Shown: positions 31,010-42,858, numbered from the stretch's first letter. The stretch: 64,000 bases of DNA from an uncultured delta proteobacterium (GCA_963847445.1 CAWJZV010000033.1:1-64000), one strand, 5' to 3'. Notes: a model not told the origin generated them from the letters alone. A program made the numbers and translations.

Positions 31010-32074
31010 CTATGCAGCACCTATACAAATTTCGCTTTCATTTAAACCATACAACCGACGCGGGTTTTCCGACAGGATCTGCCGGGTTGTCGCTTCGGAT
31101 AAATCCTCGCGGCCGATGAACTTGTCGAGATCGCCGGAGAATTGATCCCAAGGTTTCTCATGAGGGAAATCCGACGGCCAGATCAACTGCGTGCTGCCCA
31201 TCAACGAAGCCACCGAACTCAGCGTCGACTCGCCGACTTCACAGGAATAATAGAGATTGCCGCCGCGCATGATTTCCTTGGGCGAGCGCGTCGGTTTATG
31301 CGGCCAGCGATTGGTGCGGTGCTCGAAACTCTCTTCGAGGCGGTCCATTAAATAGGGCACCCAGCCGCAGCCGGACTCGAGAAACACCACGCGCAGTTTG
31401 GGAAAGCGTTCGAACACGCCGTGAATCATCATGCTGGTCAACTGCTGCATTTGCGCGAACGGATGGCTCAACGGGTAGACCCCGGCGAAACTGGTGAAAT
31501 GATCCAAACCCAGCTCCGCCGCCGAGCCGGCATGGACGCCGAGCGGCACGTTCAAGCGCTCGGCCGCGGCGAAGATCGGATCGAACTGCGGCAATCCGTA
31601 GCCGCGCATGGGATTCATCACCGCCGCCAACATGCCGCCGACCATACCCAAGTCGCGCACGCAGCGTTCTAGTTCGTTGGCCGCTTCCTGCGGCTCTTGA
31701 ATCGCCAACAGCGCTACGCCTTTGAAGCGCGCATTGACGCGAAGAAAATAATGGTGCAGCCAATCGTTATAAGCCCGCGCCATGATCACCGCCCAATCGG
31801 CATCGTGGATCAGGCCGATGCTCAATCCCGCGCTGGTATAGAGCACCGTGGTCGAAATGCCGCAGTGATCGAGAAATTTGACCCAGCGCTCGGCATCCGG
31901 ATGCTCGCGCTGGCGCGGCGTCAGCGCACCGCGCATCCAACCATCGCGCGGAAACAGCACATATTCACGCTTGCCGTCTTCCTTCTGAAACGCCCCCGGC
32001 AAAAACTCCCGCAACTGCTTAACGTCTTCAATCACGTGACCGTCGGCATCGATGACTGGAAATTCTCGCTTCAC
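31010..32074 (-). CDS. Amidohydrolase family 2 protein
   Basis: GGAGG before GTG 32074; IDADGH, ESGCGW, SDFPH. Confidence 0.92.
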   Translation of the reverse strand: MKREFPVIDADGHVIEDVKQLREFLPGAFQKEDGKREYVLFPRDGWMRGALTPRQREHPDAERWVKFLDHCGISTTVLYTSAGLSIGLIHDADWAVIMARAYNDWLHHYFLRVNARFKGVALLAIQEPQEAANELERCVRDLGMVGGMLAAVMNPMRGYGLPQFDPIFAAAERLNVPLGVHAGSAAELGLDHFTSFAGVYPLSHPFAQMQQLTSMMIHGVFERFPKLRVVFLESGCGWVPYLMDRLEESFEHRTNRWPHKPTRSPKEIMRGGNLYYSCEVGESTLSSVASLMGSTQLIWPSDFPHEKPWDQFSGDLDKFIGREDLSEATTRQILSENPRRLYGLNESEICIGAA

Positions 32075-32180
32075 TTCTGTCCCTCCTAAGTGAACCCATA
32101 ATCCGCTTTCACCACGCAAAACACGAAATTCGGAACTTTTATTTCCGACCCTTTGTATGCTTCGTGGTGCAAGCCCTCTC

Positions 32181-33134
32181 TCAATTCAACTTCTTCAATT
32201 TCTGCAAGCTGCGCAGTTCGCGTGGCGGTTGCAAGCGCTGGCCCATGATCGTCCAGGAGACCTCGCCGACGTAGATATCGCCGCGCGAGTCGATGGCGAT
32301 ACCATGCGGCGCGATGAACTGGCCGGGCTTTTCGCCGGCGAAGATATCGCCCAAGCGCGCCAGCCGTTTGCCATGCTTGTCGTAGATATCGACGCGGTTG
32401 CCGAGATTGGGCGCCTTCATGTTCACGCCGAGACCCGGGCCCAACTCGCCGACGTAGCACAGCGGATCGTTTTTCGTCGTGTCCATATAGAGCGCGCAGG
32501 GCCGGTGCATGTTGTTCCATTGGGTCTCGTATTTGCCGTTGCCGTCGAATACCTGCACCCGGTTGTTCTCCCGGTCGGCGACATAGACCCATCCGTCTTT
32601 GTCGGTGACGATATTGTGGACAATGTTGAATTGCCCGGGATCGGAACCCGATTCGCCCCAGGACAACAGCAACTTTCCATCCGGAGAATACTTGTGCACG
32701 CGCGAGTTGCCGTAGCCGTCGGAGACGTAAATATCACCCTGCGGCGAGAACGCGACATGAGTGCAGCGATTGAACGGCTCGCCGCCTTGATAGGTCGAGG
32801 CTTTTCCCGGCACGCCGATGGTCATGAGAACTTTGCCGTCCAGGGAGCACTTGCGCACGGTGTGATCGCCGTCGTCGGTGAGAAAAATCGTCTCGTCGAG
32901 GCCCATGGTGGCGCCATGAGCGCGCTTGAACACGCCGTCGCCCCAGGAGCGCAGAAAGTTGCCGTCGCGGTCGAACACGATCACCGGATGCTTGCCGCGG
33001 GTGAAGCAATAGAGCTGGTCTTTATTGTCGACCGCCACCGCCGCCACTTCGTGAAACGTCCAGTCATCGGGCAGTTTGCCAAAACCTTCGACCACTTCGT
33101 AACGAAAATCGCCGCTGCCTATTATGACGCTCAT
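32181..33134 (-). CDS. NHL-repeat protein, peptidyl-alpha-hydroxyglycine lyase-like
   Basis: NHL repeats; SDGYGNSRV, ADRENNRVQVF. Confidence 0.9.
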   Translation of the reverse strand: MSVIIGSGDFRYEVVEGFGKLPDDWTFHEVAAVAVDNKDQLYCFTRGKHPVIVFDRDGNFLRSWGDGVFKRAHGATMGLDETIFLTDDGDHTVRKCSLDGKVLMTIGVPGKASTYQGGEPFNRCTHVAFSPQGDIYVSDGYGNSRVHKYSPDGKLLLSWGESGSDPGQFNIVHNIVTDKDGWVYVADRENNRVQVFDGNGKYETQWNNMHRPCALYMDTTKNDPLCYVGELGPGLGVNMKAPNLGNRVDIYDKHGKRLARLGDIFAGEKPGQFIAPHGIAIDSRGDIYVGEVSWTIMGQRLQPPRELRSLQKLKKLN

Positions 33135-33161
33135 AACAATCTCCCTTCGCCTAAGCTGTTA

Positions 33162-33220
33162 CGAGTTTGGAGTTTCGGGTTCCGAGTTCAATACGAAACC
33201 CGCAACCCGTGACTCCAAAC
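33162..33220. repeat. GAGTTT/AAACTC-type tandem-unit hairpin
   Basis: agtttggagtttcgggtt ... aacccgtgactccaaact inverted arms. Confidence 0.75.
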
Positions 33221-33537
33221 TATCCTGCCGCCTCATGCTCATACACCTGGCGCCAGGCCTCGAAGCCGCCCATCATGCTGGCGACGTTGGTAAAACCATT
33301 TTCGAGAAAGTATCCGGTGGCGCCCATGCTGCTATTGCCGTGATAGCAGTAGACAATCACGTCTTGATCCTTGTCGGTGTTCTGCAAAAACTCTTGAACG
33401 TTGCCGTCGTGCAAATGAATCGCGCCGGGAATATGCGCCTGTTGGTACGAGCCGGGATCGCGAATATCGACGAACACACAGTTCTTGTCATCGAGTTTCT
33501 TTTTCGCCTCATGAATTTGGATCTGCGGGATCTCCAT
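33220..33537 (-). CDS. glpE: Single-domain rhodanese / thiosulfate sulfurtransferase
   Basis: VDIRD, HIPGA, CYHGNSS, GGFEAW. Confidence 0.9.
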   Translation of the reverse strand: MEIPQIQIHEAKKKLDDKNCVFVDIRDPGSYQQAHIPGAIHLHDGNVQEFLQNTDKDQDVIVYCYHGNSSMGATGYFLENGFTNVASMMGGFEAWRQVYEHEAAG

Positions 33538-33843
33538 CCTTCTCTCCTTCTGTTTCGCAAGGTGCTGTCTTTGGTTTTAACCCGATGACTCACCACGAAG
33601 TCGCGAAGGACGCGAAGTTCGGAATCTTATTCATTCGAAACTTTGCGCCCTTTGCGTGCTTTGCGGCGAATATTCCGAAATCCGACTTGCGGCTTCGCGC
33701 TCTTGGTGCCTTCGTGGTGACCCCCTCCGGTCGCCCTGCGCAATGCTGTGGTTCTATCAAGCCTATTTCTCGCTGTCCACAGTGGAAAACCCTCCGGCCA
33801 TCGCGTATAAACGCGCTGATCCAGCAAACATCAATTCGCCTTC

Positions 33844-35044
33844 ATGAAAATCAAACCGCTGCAGCTCTACTCCCTGGCCGCCATCGTCCAGATCGCCGGC
33901 TCCTCCGGCGCGGCCATGCTGGCGCCGTTTTTCATGAAAGATCACGGCTACTCGATCGCCGCGGCGAGCGTGCCGCTGGTCGTCAACGGCATTGGCCGGG
34001 TCTGTTCCGATCTCACCTCCGGCGTGCTGGCGAGCTATTTCAGCTCCGGCGTGTTGATCGTCGCCGCCTCGGCGGCCTCCATCGTCGTCGCCGCCTTGGC
34101 GCATTTCTTCATCGAATCGCCGGTGGTATTTCTCGGCGCGTTTACGCTTCTCGGCATCACCGAAGCGATGTTCGCCTTGTCGATCCGCAAAATTGCCTTC
34201 GAACAATCCGAACCCGGCCAACAAGGCCGAGTCCAAGGCCAAGTCGCCGCCGCCCTCGGCATCGGCTTTTCCCTCGGTCCGCTTGCGGGCGGATTCGTCG
34301 GCAAACTCTTCGGACCGCAAGTGCTGTTCGCCTTTTACGCGCTGCCGCAAGTCATCGGGCTAATTTTGATTCTTTGCGGCGGCGCCCATCGCTCGCGCGC
34401 CATCACCCAAGAAGCTTCGGTGCAACTCTGGCGCGAAGGGCAAAACGTTGCTAACGAGAGCTTCGTTCCTGGCCTCGTCACTGGCGGTGTTTCAATCTTT
34501 CGTCATGTTGGTCGGCGTCACCCGCATCGCGTTTCCGTTTCTCGCGGTCAATCAACGCGGCTTACGCCTTGGACTGGGTCGGCACCGTGGTCTCGATCTC
34601 GCGCATGACCGACACCTTCGGCCGCTACACCGGCGGCTGGCTGTGCGACCGCATCACCGCGCCGCGGGTGATCTTGCTGGGCGTCGCCATCGGCATCCCG
34701 ATGTTCCTCATCCAACCCTACGGCTCGGGCGTCCTGTCCCTGGTAATCCCGCTGACGATCATGACCATGGGCTTCGGCTATTCCAATGTCGGCGCCACCA
34801 CCTTCGCCCTGCAATCGGCGGGACCCAAAGCCAAAGCGCTGGCCTTGGCCTCACCCGCTCCTGCACATCCCTGGGCAATACCTTGGGGCCGTTGATGGCT
34901 GGCCTATTGGTGCAACACTTTGGCTATGAGACTGGCTATCACGGCATGGCCGCGATCTCGGCGGCGATACTGGTCGTCGCGTGGCTGGGGCTGAGAAAAC
35001 GAAACACTCGTTCAACAGTTCAAGGTTCAAAAGTTCAAAGTTGA
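33844..35044 (+). CDS. MFS transporter (several frameshifts 34440-34850)
   Basis: TM helices across three frames; GGWLCDR, GPLAGG. Confidence 0.82.
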
Positions 35045-35103
35045 GAATCCGGATTCCGAACCTTGAACTCTTGAACCTTTGAACCTTGAACGGGATTGCG
35101 CGC

Positions 35104-35895
35104 CTAGCGCAATCCCTTGTAGTCCTCGCCGATGGCGAGATCTTTGAGATACTCCATGCTGTTGTTGGCGTAACCGACCTGGCCGGCTTTCTCGGCGCGC
35201 CAGCCGTCGAGATACTTGATGATGTCGTCGAGCGGCAACACGTCGGCGTATTTCTGATTCATGTCGAACAGGTTGATCGCGTGACAGGCTTCGTGGCGGT
35301 CGAACACGCACTCTTCGGCGACCACCATGCGCAGCCGATTGGTCGTGCCGTCGACCACGCTGGCGCGCACGCAACCGCTGGTGCTCTCGCCGCAGGTAAT
35401 GATGGTATCGACGCCGAGAAAGTTTAAGTGGCCGACCAGCGGCGTGCCCCAAAAAGCGCTCGGCGAAACTTTCTTGAACACGGTTTCGCCCGGGATCGGT
35501 TTCACTTCGTCGACGATGTCATAGCGGCGGCGAAAACGGTCGAGCTCCTCGGCGCTCATGGTCGCGCGCTTCTTGGTGTCGCGGCGAAACGCCCAAGGCT
35601 CGACCGCGACGCCGTCCATGCCGGTCACGTGAATGATCGGAATGCCAACTTCGCGGCACTTGGCGAGCAGTTTTTGAATATGCGGCAAAGCGTTCCAACC
35701 GGCGAGACCGCAACTCCCCGGCCAAGTCTTGATCGCCTCGGTCACCGCCTCCGGCTTGTCGCCAAACACCCAGCGATATAGATCGATCAACAACAACGCC
35801 GGTCGCTCGCCGAAACCGATGCGCCGATCCGCCTTGCCAATCAAAGTCGCTTTGTCTTGTTCCGTGAGAAATTTCTCCCAAACACGCTCAGCCAT
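35104..35895 (-). CDS. Isochorismatase-family cysteine hydrolase
   Basis: LLLID, KVSPSAFWGT, GESTSGCVRASVVD; GGAGG RBS. Confidence 0.92.
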   Translation of the reverse strand: MAERVWEKFLTEQDKATLIGKADRRIGFGERPALLLIDLYRWVFGDKPEAVTEAIKTWPGSCGLAGWNALPHIQKLLAKCREVGIPIIHVTGMDGVAVEPWAFRRDTKKRATMSAEELDRFRRRYDIVDEVKPIPGETVFKKVSPSAFWGTPLVGHLNFLGVDTIITCGESTSGCVRASVVDGTTNRLRMVVAEECVFDRHEACHAINLFDMNQKYADVLPLDDIIKYLDGWRAEKAGQVGYANNSMEYLKDLAIGEDYKGLR

Positions 35896-35984
35896 GCAGC
35901 ACCTCCGAATAGAATTGACCAAGACTTATCACCGCGCCGCTTCGATCGTCAAGATCGCCTAGTGCGGCTGCAACTGGAAATAAG

Positions 35985-36135
35985 ATTATCTCTCGCAAAG
36001 GCGCGAAGTCGCAACGGAGAAGACAAACATGTCATTTCGACCGAAGGGAGAAATCTATCGCGATCCCTCGTTCCCTCGGGCTGACGGGCCTCGGCCGTCC
36101 CTTGGCGTCTTGGCGTCTTGGCGCGAGAGCTTATC
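35985..36135. repeat. Nested repeat: CGCAAAG/CTTGGCG arms enclosing a TGTCATTTCGACCGAAGGGAGAAATCT palindrome
   Basis: Inner arm is the reverse complement of 53315-53341 and resembles 5653-5679. Confidence 0.85.
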
Positions 36136-36341
36136 CGATTCCGCGGCCCCCCAGCACCGGCCGCCTTCGCGCGCGCGGCGGAGACTCTAGGCGAAAATGG
36201 TATAGTGACATTCGAAACCAATTGGTATATAGCTACTCCAATATCGCGGTTAAACGGCGGATAAAACATTTGATTTCGTCGACGGGAGTATCCGCCTCGG
36301 CGTCCGGGGCAGGATTGACCGGGCGGTAAAGGAACGCGTAG

Positions 36342-36734
36342 ATGGCGATTAGACGCAAATACAAAAAGAAGCCGACCTCCTTCGTCACCGCGGTTCAGCT
36401 CGATCTCGACACCCAAGGTTTCGTCTACAACAAATGGGGCGGCCAGCAAGTCTGCAAACGCGGCGACTGGCTAGTCGACAACGACGGCGACAAGTACACG
36501 GTATCTGAGGAGGCGTTCGCCAAGACGTACGAATTCGTCAGCCCCGGCGTTTACACAAAATCGGCACCGGTCTGGGCCGAGGTCGCGGACAAGCCCGGGA
36601 AAGTGAAAACCAGCGAAGGTGAAACGGCCTATGAGGCCGGTGATTATCTAGTCTCCAACAACCAAGACGGCACCGACGCCTACGCCATCAGCGCGGAAAA
36701 GTTTCGCGAGCTTTACGACGTCGCTGAAGAATAA
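36342..36734 (+). CDS. PGDYG-like protein with internal duplication
   Basis: KRGDWLV...YTVSEEAFAKTYE and EAGDYLV...YAISAEKFRELYD. Confidence 0.75.
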   Translation: MAIRRKYKKKPTSFVTAVQLDLDTQGFVYNKWGGQQVCKRGDWLVDNDGDKYTVSEEAFAKTYEFVSPGVYTKSAPVWAEVADKPGKVKTSEGETAYEAGDYLVSNNQDGTDAYAISAEKFRELYDVAEE

Positions 36735-37265
36735 AACTCTCCGAACATCGACCAAGACAGATTGCCTTGAGCGCCTCATCCACAGGCTGAACGTTTTGAA
36801 CGGCTTAAACAATTGGAACGACTGAAACGGGCCGCGGTTATTCAATGTCCTGGTCGAGACGAAAGCCGACGTTGAGGCTACGGAAGTCGGCGACGACCCT
36901 GCGTCGGATCGATGATCGCAAACCCTCCGGACGGTCGGTCGCCGTTCGCCTGCCCTGCTCGAATGCGGTCGCTGAACGGTAGCCGCCAAACATCAGTGCA
37001 TTCGACTCGTTATCGGTGAATGCGTCCATATCGGTTCGACTCATCGGAAAAAGTAAAACAGTGATTTTCACGTCTTATACATCGCCATTGTCGGGAAAAT
37101 CAAAGTTAAAATGGTTGGTTATCAGCTCAACCCTGGTGCTCGGTTGCGCCGGCGGTTTCGAAACCGTTTTACTCCGCCCACGGAAAAACTACTGCCAATC
37201 GGCGCAAGGAGGGAATCGACGAAGGGAACGATGCCAACTCGAGAGGCGCGGTCGTACGGCTTCGG

Positions 37266-38288
37266 CTACTTGTAAGCTACGCCAGCACTCGCCGGCCCAG
37301 CCAACGGAATCACTTCGGTCCTGCTGAAGCCAACCTCGCGGCACCAGCGGGAGAAATCAGCGCCCGTGAAGTCGAAGGCGTCGCCGAATTCGATCAGCAT
37401 ATTGAGCGACATCATGAGTCCGAAGGCGTTCTCACGCCTGGCGTCGTCGATAATGTTCTCGACGACAATGAACGCACCGCCGGGAGGCAAGGCAGCGTGG
37501 GCTGCCCGGATGAGATGCAGCTTCTTATCGAGATTCCAGTCGTGCAGGATCATTCCCATCGTAATCACATCCGCCTTCGGCAACGGATCGGCGAAAATAT
37601 CGATAGCCTTCGCGGTGACCCGATCCGCAAGTCCGGCTGCGGCGATCTTGCGCTCGGCGATCGCGGCGACGGCGGGGAGATCCGTGGAGGTGCAGCGCAG
37701 GTGCGGATGCTGCTTGGCGACGAGCATCGACAGTTGGCCGGTGGCACCGCCAACGTCACAGAGCGTGCGATAACGGGAAAAATCAAACTTCTCGGCCAGC
37801 GCCTGAAAATTGGCCGCGGAGATGCCGCTCATCGCGTCCATGAATTGTTCGAGCCGCTCGGGCTTGCTGTACAGCTCGGCGAACATCGGCGCGCCGGTGT
37901 GTTTGATCTCGTTCTGCGCGCCACCGGTGCGAAGTCCGTCAGAAAGATCGCCCCAGAATCGGTACAGCCGCGCATTGGCCATTTCCAGGAAGCCGGCCAT
38001 AAACTGCGGGCTGTTCCGGTCGAGGAACAACGCGGTTTCATCGGTGTTGCGATAGCGCGCTGCCGGGCCGTCGCCGTCGCGTTCGAGGAAACGCAACGCC
38101 ACCAGCGTGTCGAAGAAATCAGGATTGGCTCTCGGATGGAGCCCAAGCGCCTCTTGCAGTTCGCGGCCGGTCATCGATTTCGCGCCAAGTGCCGTGAAAA
38201 GGCCGAGCTCGATCGCCGAGAGCAAAACCTTGGACGGCCAAAAGGCCAAGCCGACTTCCATGATTCGAGCTGGAGATAAAGTATTCAT
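37266..38288 (-). CDS. SAM-dependent O-methyltransferase (dimerisation domain + Methyltransf_2)
   Basis: SAIELGLF, DVGGATG, ILHDW, LPPGG. Confidence 0.92.
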   Translation of the reverse strand: MNTLSPARIMEVGLAFWPSKVLLSAIELGLFTALGAKSMTGRELQEALGLHPRANPDFFDTLVALRFLERDGDGPAARYRNTDETALFLDRNSPQFMAGFLEMANARLYRFWGDLSDGLRTGGAQNEIKHTGAPMFAELYSKPERLEQFMDAMSGISAANFQALAEKFDFSRYRTLCDVGGATGQLSMLVAKQHPHLRCTSTDLPAVAAIAERKIAAAGLADRVTAKAIDIFADPLPKADVITMGMILHDWNLDKKLHLIRAAHAALPPGGAFIVVENIIDDARRENAFGLMMSLNMLIEFGDAFDFTGADFSRWCREVGFSRTEVIPLAGPASAGVAYK

Positions 38289-38334
38289 CACCGACGTTCC
38301 TCTCCTGGCAAATTCACGGTTGTTGCGCGTCGGA

Positions 38335-39072
38335 TTATGCCGCCAGCGCGTCGGCAAGCGCAAGCAAAAGCTTGGCGCCGTCGCCCTTCCATGTGCTGCC
38401 GTGCATGCACGCGAGCGTTGTCGGTCCGGCCGCGGCCAGTCTTTCCAGCATCGCCCGCGCATTCGGTGTATGCGAGTAATAGTCCATCGCCTGACGGAAC
38501 GCCTCGCTCGGCCCGAGAATATCCGCCTCGGTGGTGGCTGGATGTTCGGCGCCGCCCTGGGTGAACAGATCGCCGCAGAGTAAGGTCCGCGTCTGCTCTT
38601 CCATCAGGAAGCCGCATTCCCAGCCGTGCGGCAGGTGCGGCGTGTCGAACCAGCGCACGGCATGTTTTCCCAGCGCCAGCGTTTCGCCGTCCGCCAGTGC
38701 GTGGGCCGGCCGGTCGGCGATGTCATCGATGGAGACCAACGCCGCCACTTTGCCGCACAGCGGCGCGGACTGCGGCGCCGCCGCGAGCCATTCGTTGAGC
38801 GAACCGCATTCATCCGCCTCGACGTGCGAAAAGCCGACGTAGCGCAACCGTTCCACGGGCAACACACTCGCCACCGCTTCGCGCACCAGCGGAAACATCT
38901 TGCGCGGCCCGGTGTGGAACAGCAACGGCGCTTCATCGGCGATGAGAAACTGATTGAACGAAAACCCGCCAGGCCCGCCGGCCATAATCACCGGCGTATT
39001 GATGCGGTAAATCCCATCCGCGACTTCATGGACATTCGTCCCCGACTGTTTATTGGTGACAAGCATTTTCAT
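38335..39072 (-). CDS. Metallo-beta-lactamase-fold protein (ODP/FprA N-domain-like)
   Basis: SHVEADECG, TPHLPHGW, GDLF, CMHG. Confidence 0.88.
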   Translation of the reverse strand: MKMLVTNKQSGTNVHEVADGIYRINTPVIMAGGPGGFSFNQFLIADEAPLLFHTGPRKMFPLVREAVASVLPVERLRYVGFSHVEADECGSLNEWLAAAPQSAPLCGKVAALVSIDDIADRPAHALADGETLALGKHAVRWFDTPHLPHGWECGFLMEEQTRTLLCGDLFTQGGAEHPATTEADILGPSEAFRQAMDYYSHTPNARAMLERLAAAGPTTLACMHGSTWKGDGAKLLLALADALAA

Positions 39073-39212
39073 TCTCCTCGGATATTAAGTAGCTCAGCCC
39101 TCGGCTTTTTCAATATCGCGGCGTCCAGGCGACCGGTCTCGCATCTTAAATGCGGCGAGGAATGAGGCAATGCCTGTTGCTCCGCCGCTTTCGAAAGCGC
39201 TATAGTCGGCCC

Positions 39213-39730
39213 ATGGAAAAGCTCATTCCCATCGATCTCACTGGAGTCATCGCAGAGGTGAAAGCCGAAGGCAAAACCCGCCGGGTGCTCTGGCAGGATT
39301 CCGAGTCGATTGCGTTCTTGAGCAGCGGGCGTAAAGAGCGCTGGGATTTTCACATCGATCCGGCGGACGAAGTGACGCTGCAAGTTGACCGGCGTGCAGC
39401 ATCTGGTCTATCGTGATGAAGCCGGCAACGAACACACCGCCGATATCAAAGCCGGTCAGATCCTGCTCTGTCCCGCCGGCGTGCCGCATTCACCGCGCCT
39501 CGAAGCCGACTCCTGGTTCATCGTCTTCGAACGCAAGCGCAAAGCGGGCGAGATCGATTACTTCAAATGGTTCTGCAACAAATGCGGCGAAAAAGTCTAC
39601 GAGACCATCCGCCGAAGTCGGCGACTACCGCGCCGATCCGGTGAGTCAGGTCTATCAAACGTTCTCCAGCGACGAGAAACTGCGCACGTGCAAAAGCTGC
39701 GGCACAATAATTCCGGCGCCGCCGAAGTAG
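39213..39730 (+). CDS. 3-hydroxyanthranilate 3,4-dioxygenase-like cupin (frameshifts near 39385 and 39610)
   Basis: R.DFHIDPADE, VPHSP, FERKR, WFCNKC...RTCKSCG. Confidence 0.82.
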
Positions 39731-39924
39731 CATTTGAGATCGTTCCAGTCGTTCCAAACGTTCAAGTCGTTCAAAACGTTTTCGGTCGGAGAGAATTGGC
39801 AACATCTAGCCGAGGAAGATCACCAAGAATTCTTGAGCGTTATTTCGAACTTGGCGTCCTTAGCGTGCTTGGCGCGAGGAGAAATTGATTTCATAGTCCA
39901 TCATCTCCTACCCAGGCCAATTCG

Positions 39925-40707
39925 ATGACTGACTACGTTAACCACACTCACGCGACTCGCCCAAGGCCTACGCCGCCGCGGAACGCGCCGTGATCGCTGC
40001 GTTTTTCAAGAAGCCGCGCAAGCGCACCGACCACTCTACGCTGGCTCAAAGCCCAGGGGTTCAAAGAATACTCGGCGATCAGGCCGATCATCGATGCCTT
40101 GGCGGCGCTCTATCCGAAAATCGATCGCGGCGTCGACCGGCATGACTACGCCGAGCTGACCGAGAAACTCGCCGACGAGACCAAACACGCGCGCTTGGTG
40201 CTGGATCTGCTGGAAGAAATCAGCGGCAAAAAAACCGGGCCGCGTGATCTCACCTGGCTGCCGGAGGATCGCAAGCTCGCCAAGGTGCGCGCCAAGTACT
40301 CCAAGAGCTACGCCACCCTGTTGCACGGCTCGGGAAAAGTCAGTTCGAAAGAAATCAAGCGCCGTGACGAAGATCTCGAGCGCGCCGCCATCACGCTCAC
40401 CGAGGGCGGCGGCGGCGCGCTCTATTGGGTTTGCAGCAAACTTAAAAAGACCGGCATCGAAGCCAAGATCGCCCAGGCGTTCCATGAAATCCTGCTCGAC
40501 GAAGTCGAGCATAAAGATAGCGGCGCCCGCTCTCTCGACGGGCAAATCAAGAACGACGCCGACTGCAAACGCGCCGCCGAGATTATTTGTGCCGTGTGCG
40601 GCCAGCGTCTGCGCATGCGCAACGAGCAATTCGGCTTCCCGTTAAACAAGATCCAGCTGGCGGCATTGGACCGGCGCGCCCAAGCCGCGCTCGACGGTGC
40701 GAAATGA
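39925..40707 (+). CDS. Ferritin-like di-iron protein (frameshift near 40035)
   Basis: FKEY, DETKH, LTEGG, DEVEH. Confidence 0.7.
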
Positions 40708-41571
40708 CCGCTGTCACTCTAGCTTTGCTGCTGCAATTGGCTTTTGTCGCGCACGCCGACGGCCGTCGATCTGCCGCCGCTCAAAACCACCATCAGCGAT
40801 TTCGCCGGCATGTTTCCGCCGGCTAGCCTCGACGATCTCGAACATCGCCTGCACCGGTTCGCCACCGAGACCGCCAACCATGTCGCGATTTTGACCGTCA
40901 AAAGCCTCGATGGCGCCACGATCGAAGCGCTGGCGCAGCAAGCCTTCAACCGTTTGCCGTTGAGCGATAACGAGCGCAATAAGACCGTGCTGTTAGTCAT
41001 TGCCCGCGCCGAGCAGGAGGTCGGTTTTCATGCCGGCGCGCCGTTGCAGCATTTGCTGCCGCAGCCGGCGACCAGCGAGAAACTGCGCGAGCAGGTGACA
41101 CTCTACATCAACGGTCTCCGACCCGACCTCGGCATCCATGGCGCGGTGCACTATCTGTTCCGCGCGCTGCGCGGCGACGTGCGCGTCGGCAGTCAGAGCG
41201 CCGATGAGAATCTCGAAGAGATGTCGCTGCGCGGCCGCGGCGCGGGGGCGATCTTTGCGCTGTTTATCGGACCGTTCTTGGCTTTCTTCGTCGGCGGTCT
41301 CTGGGGCGTCTACGCGACTCAGTACGGCGTGCAGCGCTGGCCCCGGCTCGCCATGGGCGCGATTTTTGGCGGCGGCACGGCGAAAATCGTCATAACCTTC
41401 ACGGCATTTATCGGCGGCTCCAGCGACTCACTTTGGTATTTCATCATGGCCCTGGCGATTCCCCTCGGCGTCTTCGGCAGCTGCACGGAATTCTGGATGT
41501 CGGGAGACTGGCGCGGCATCCCGCGGGAAAAAGGGCCGCGGCGAAAACCTGAAGACAACATGGGCATATGA
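40704..41571 (+). CDS. TPM-domain membrane protein (frameshift near 40750)
   Basis: ISDFAGMF, VAILTVKSLDGATIE, VLLVIA; C-terminal TMs. Confidence 0.8.
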
Positions 41572-41889
41572 ACGTCGGACGGCGCATGATCGGCCCCCGG
41601 GCTTTTCGCCGCATTCTTTGAAAGCGAATCAGCTCAGCTGATCTAAAGCGCTGTGCTTGCTCCGTAACTTTGTAGACTTGCATTGCACAATTCTAGAAAG
41701 ACCACTCCAGAGGAACGGCTGGCGGCGGTAATTGCCATGCTCGCGCCCGCAATGCGTGGCGCCCGTGCAGGCGCAGCAGAGAAGCCACGGCCGGGAATAC
41801 CTGTTGAATTAACACTTCTATTTCTAGAGAATAACTCATGGCGACCCTTTGGAGCGACTTGCGATCCGAGAACAATCGGTGCAGCGGCG

Positions 41890-42830
41890 ATGGCCTGTGA
41901 TAATTCATATGGGCGAACTTTGCTGTCGCGCCGCCAGGTATTGCGCGCCGGAGTTGGCGCAGGTGCGCTCGCACTGATGCGAGGTCGTGCTATGGCGCAA
42001 TCGATTCTACGTAAACCGATCCCACGCAGCGGTGAGTTATTGCCGGTCGTCGGCCTCGGCACCTGGCAAACCTTCGACGTTGGCGCAGCTTCGACCGAGC
42101 GTGCGTCCTTGAAAGAGGTCCTGCGCGAGTTTGTTCAGCGTGGCGGCAGCGTCATCGACTCTTCGCCAATGTATGGCAGGTCAGAAACCGTCGGCGGCGA
42201 TCTCGCCGCCGAACTTGGCATTCACAAGCAACTCTTCGTCGCGACCAAAGTGTGGACCAGCGGGCGCGAGGCGGGCATTCGCCAGATGGAGGAATCGTTC
42301 CGCCGGCTTGCGCGTGCAGAAACTCGACCTCATGCAGGTGCACAATCTACTCGACTACCGCACGCATCTGACGACGCTGCGAACGTTGGCGAGACGAGGG
42401 CAAGATTGATTACCTCGGCGTGACCCATTACCATGCCGGCGCTTATGCCGAACTGGCTCGGGTGTTGGCAGCCGAGGAGTTGGATTTCGTCCAACTAAAC
42501 TACTCGATGGCGGAACGCGACGCCGAAGAGCGGCTGTTGCCGCTCGCCGCAGACAAACGTATCGCGGTGCTGGTCAACCGGCCCTTCGCCGAAGGCGCGT
42601 TGTTTAAGCACACCCGCGGCAAAACTTTGCCGCCCTGGTCCAAAGAGTTCGGCTGTGCCAGTTGGGCGCAATTTTTTCTGAAGTTCATCATCGCCCATCC
42701 GGCGGTCACCTGCGCTATTCCCGCGACCAGCAAAGTCAGCCACCTGATCGACAACCTGCAGGCGGGAGTTGGCCCGCTGCCTGATGCGCGGATGCGCGCG
42801 CAAATGGCGCGCTACTTAGCTGAGGCTTAG
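41890..42830 (+). CDS. Aldo/keto reductase with Tat-like signal (frameshifts near 42310 and 42400)
   Basis: SRRQVLR; GLGTWQTFD, DSSPMYG, ATKVW, QVHNL; paralog of the gene at 19132. Confidence 0.88.
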
Positions 42831-42858
42831 AAAGCTGCGCAGGCCAGCTTCAACGCGC

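Noticed and set aside
36838-37071. Small minus-strand ORF
   Set aside because: No recognisable motif or strong RBS; cannot be supported without a homology search.
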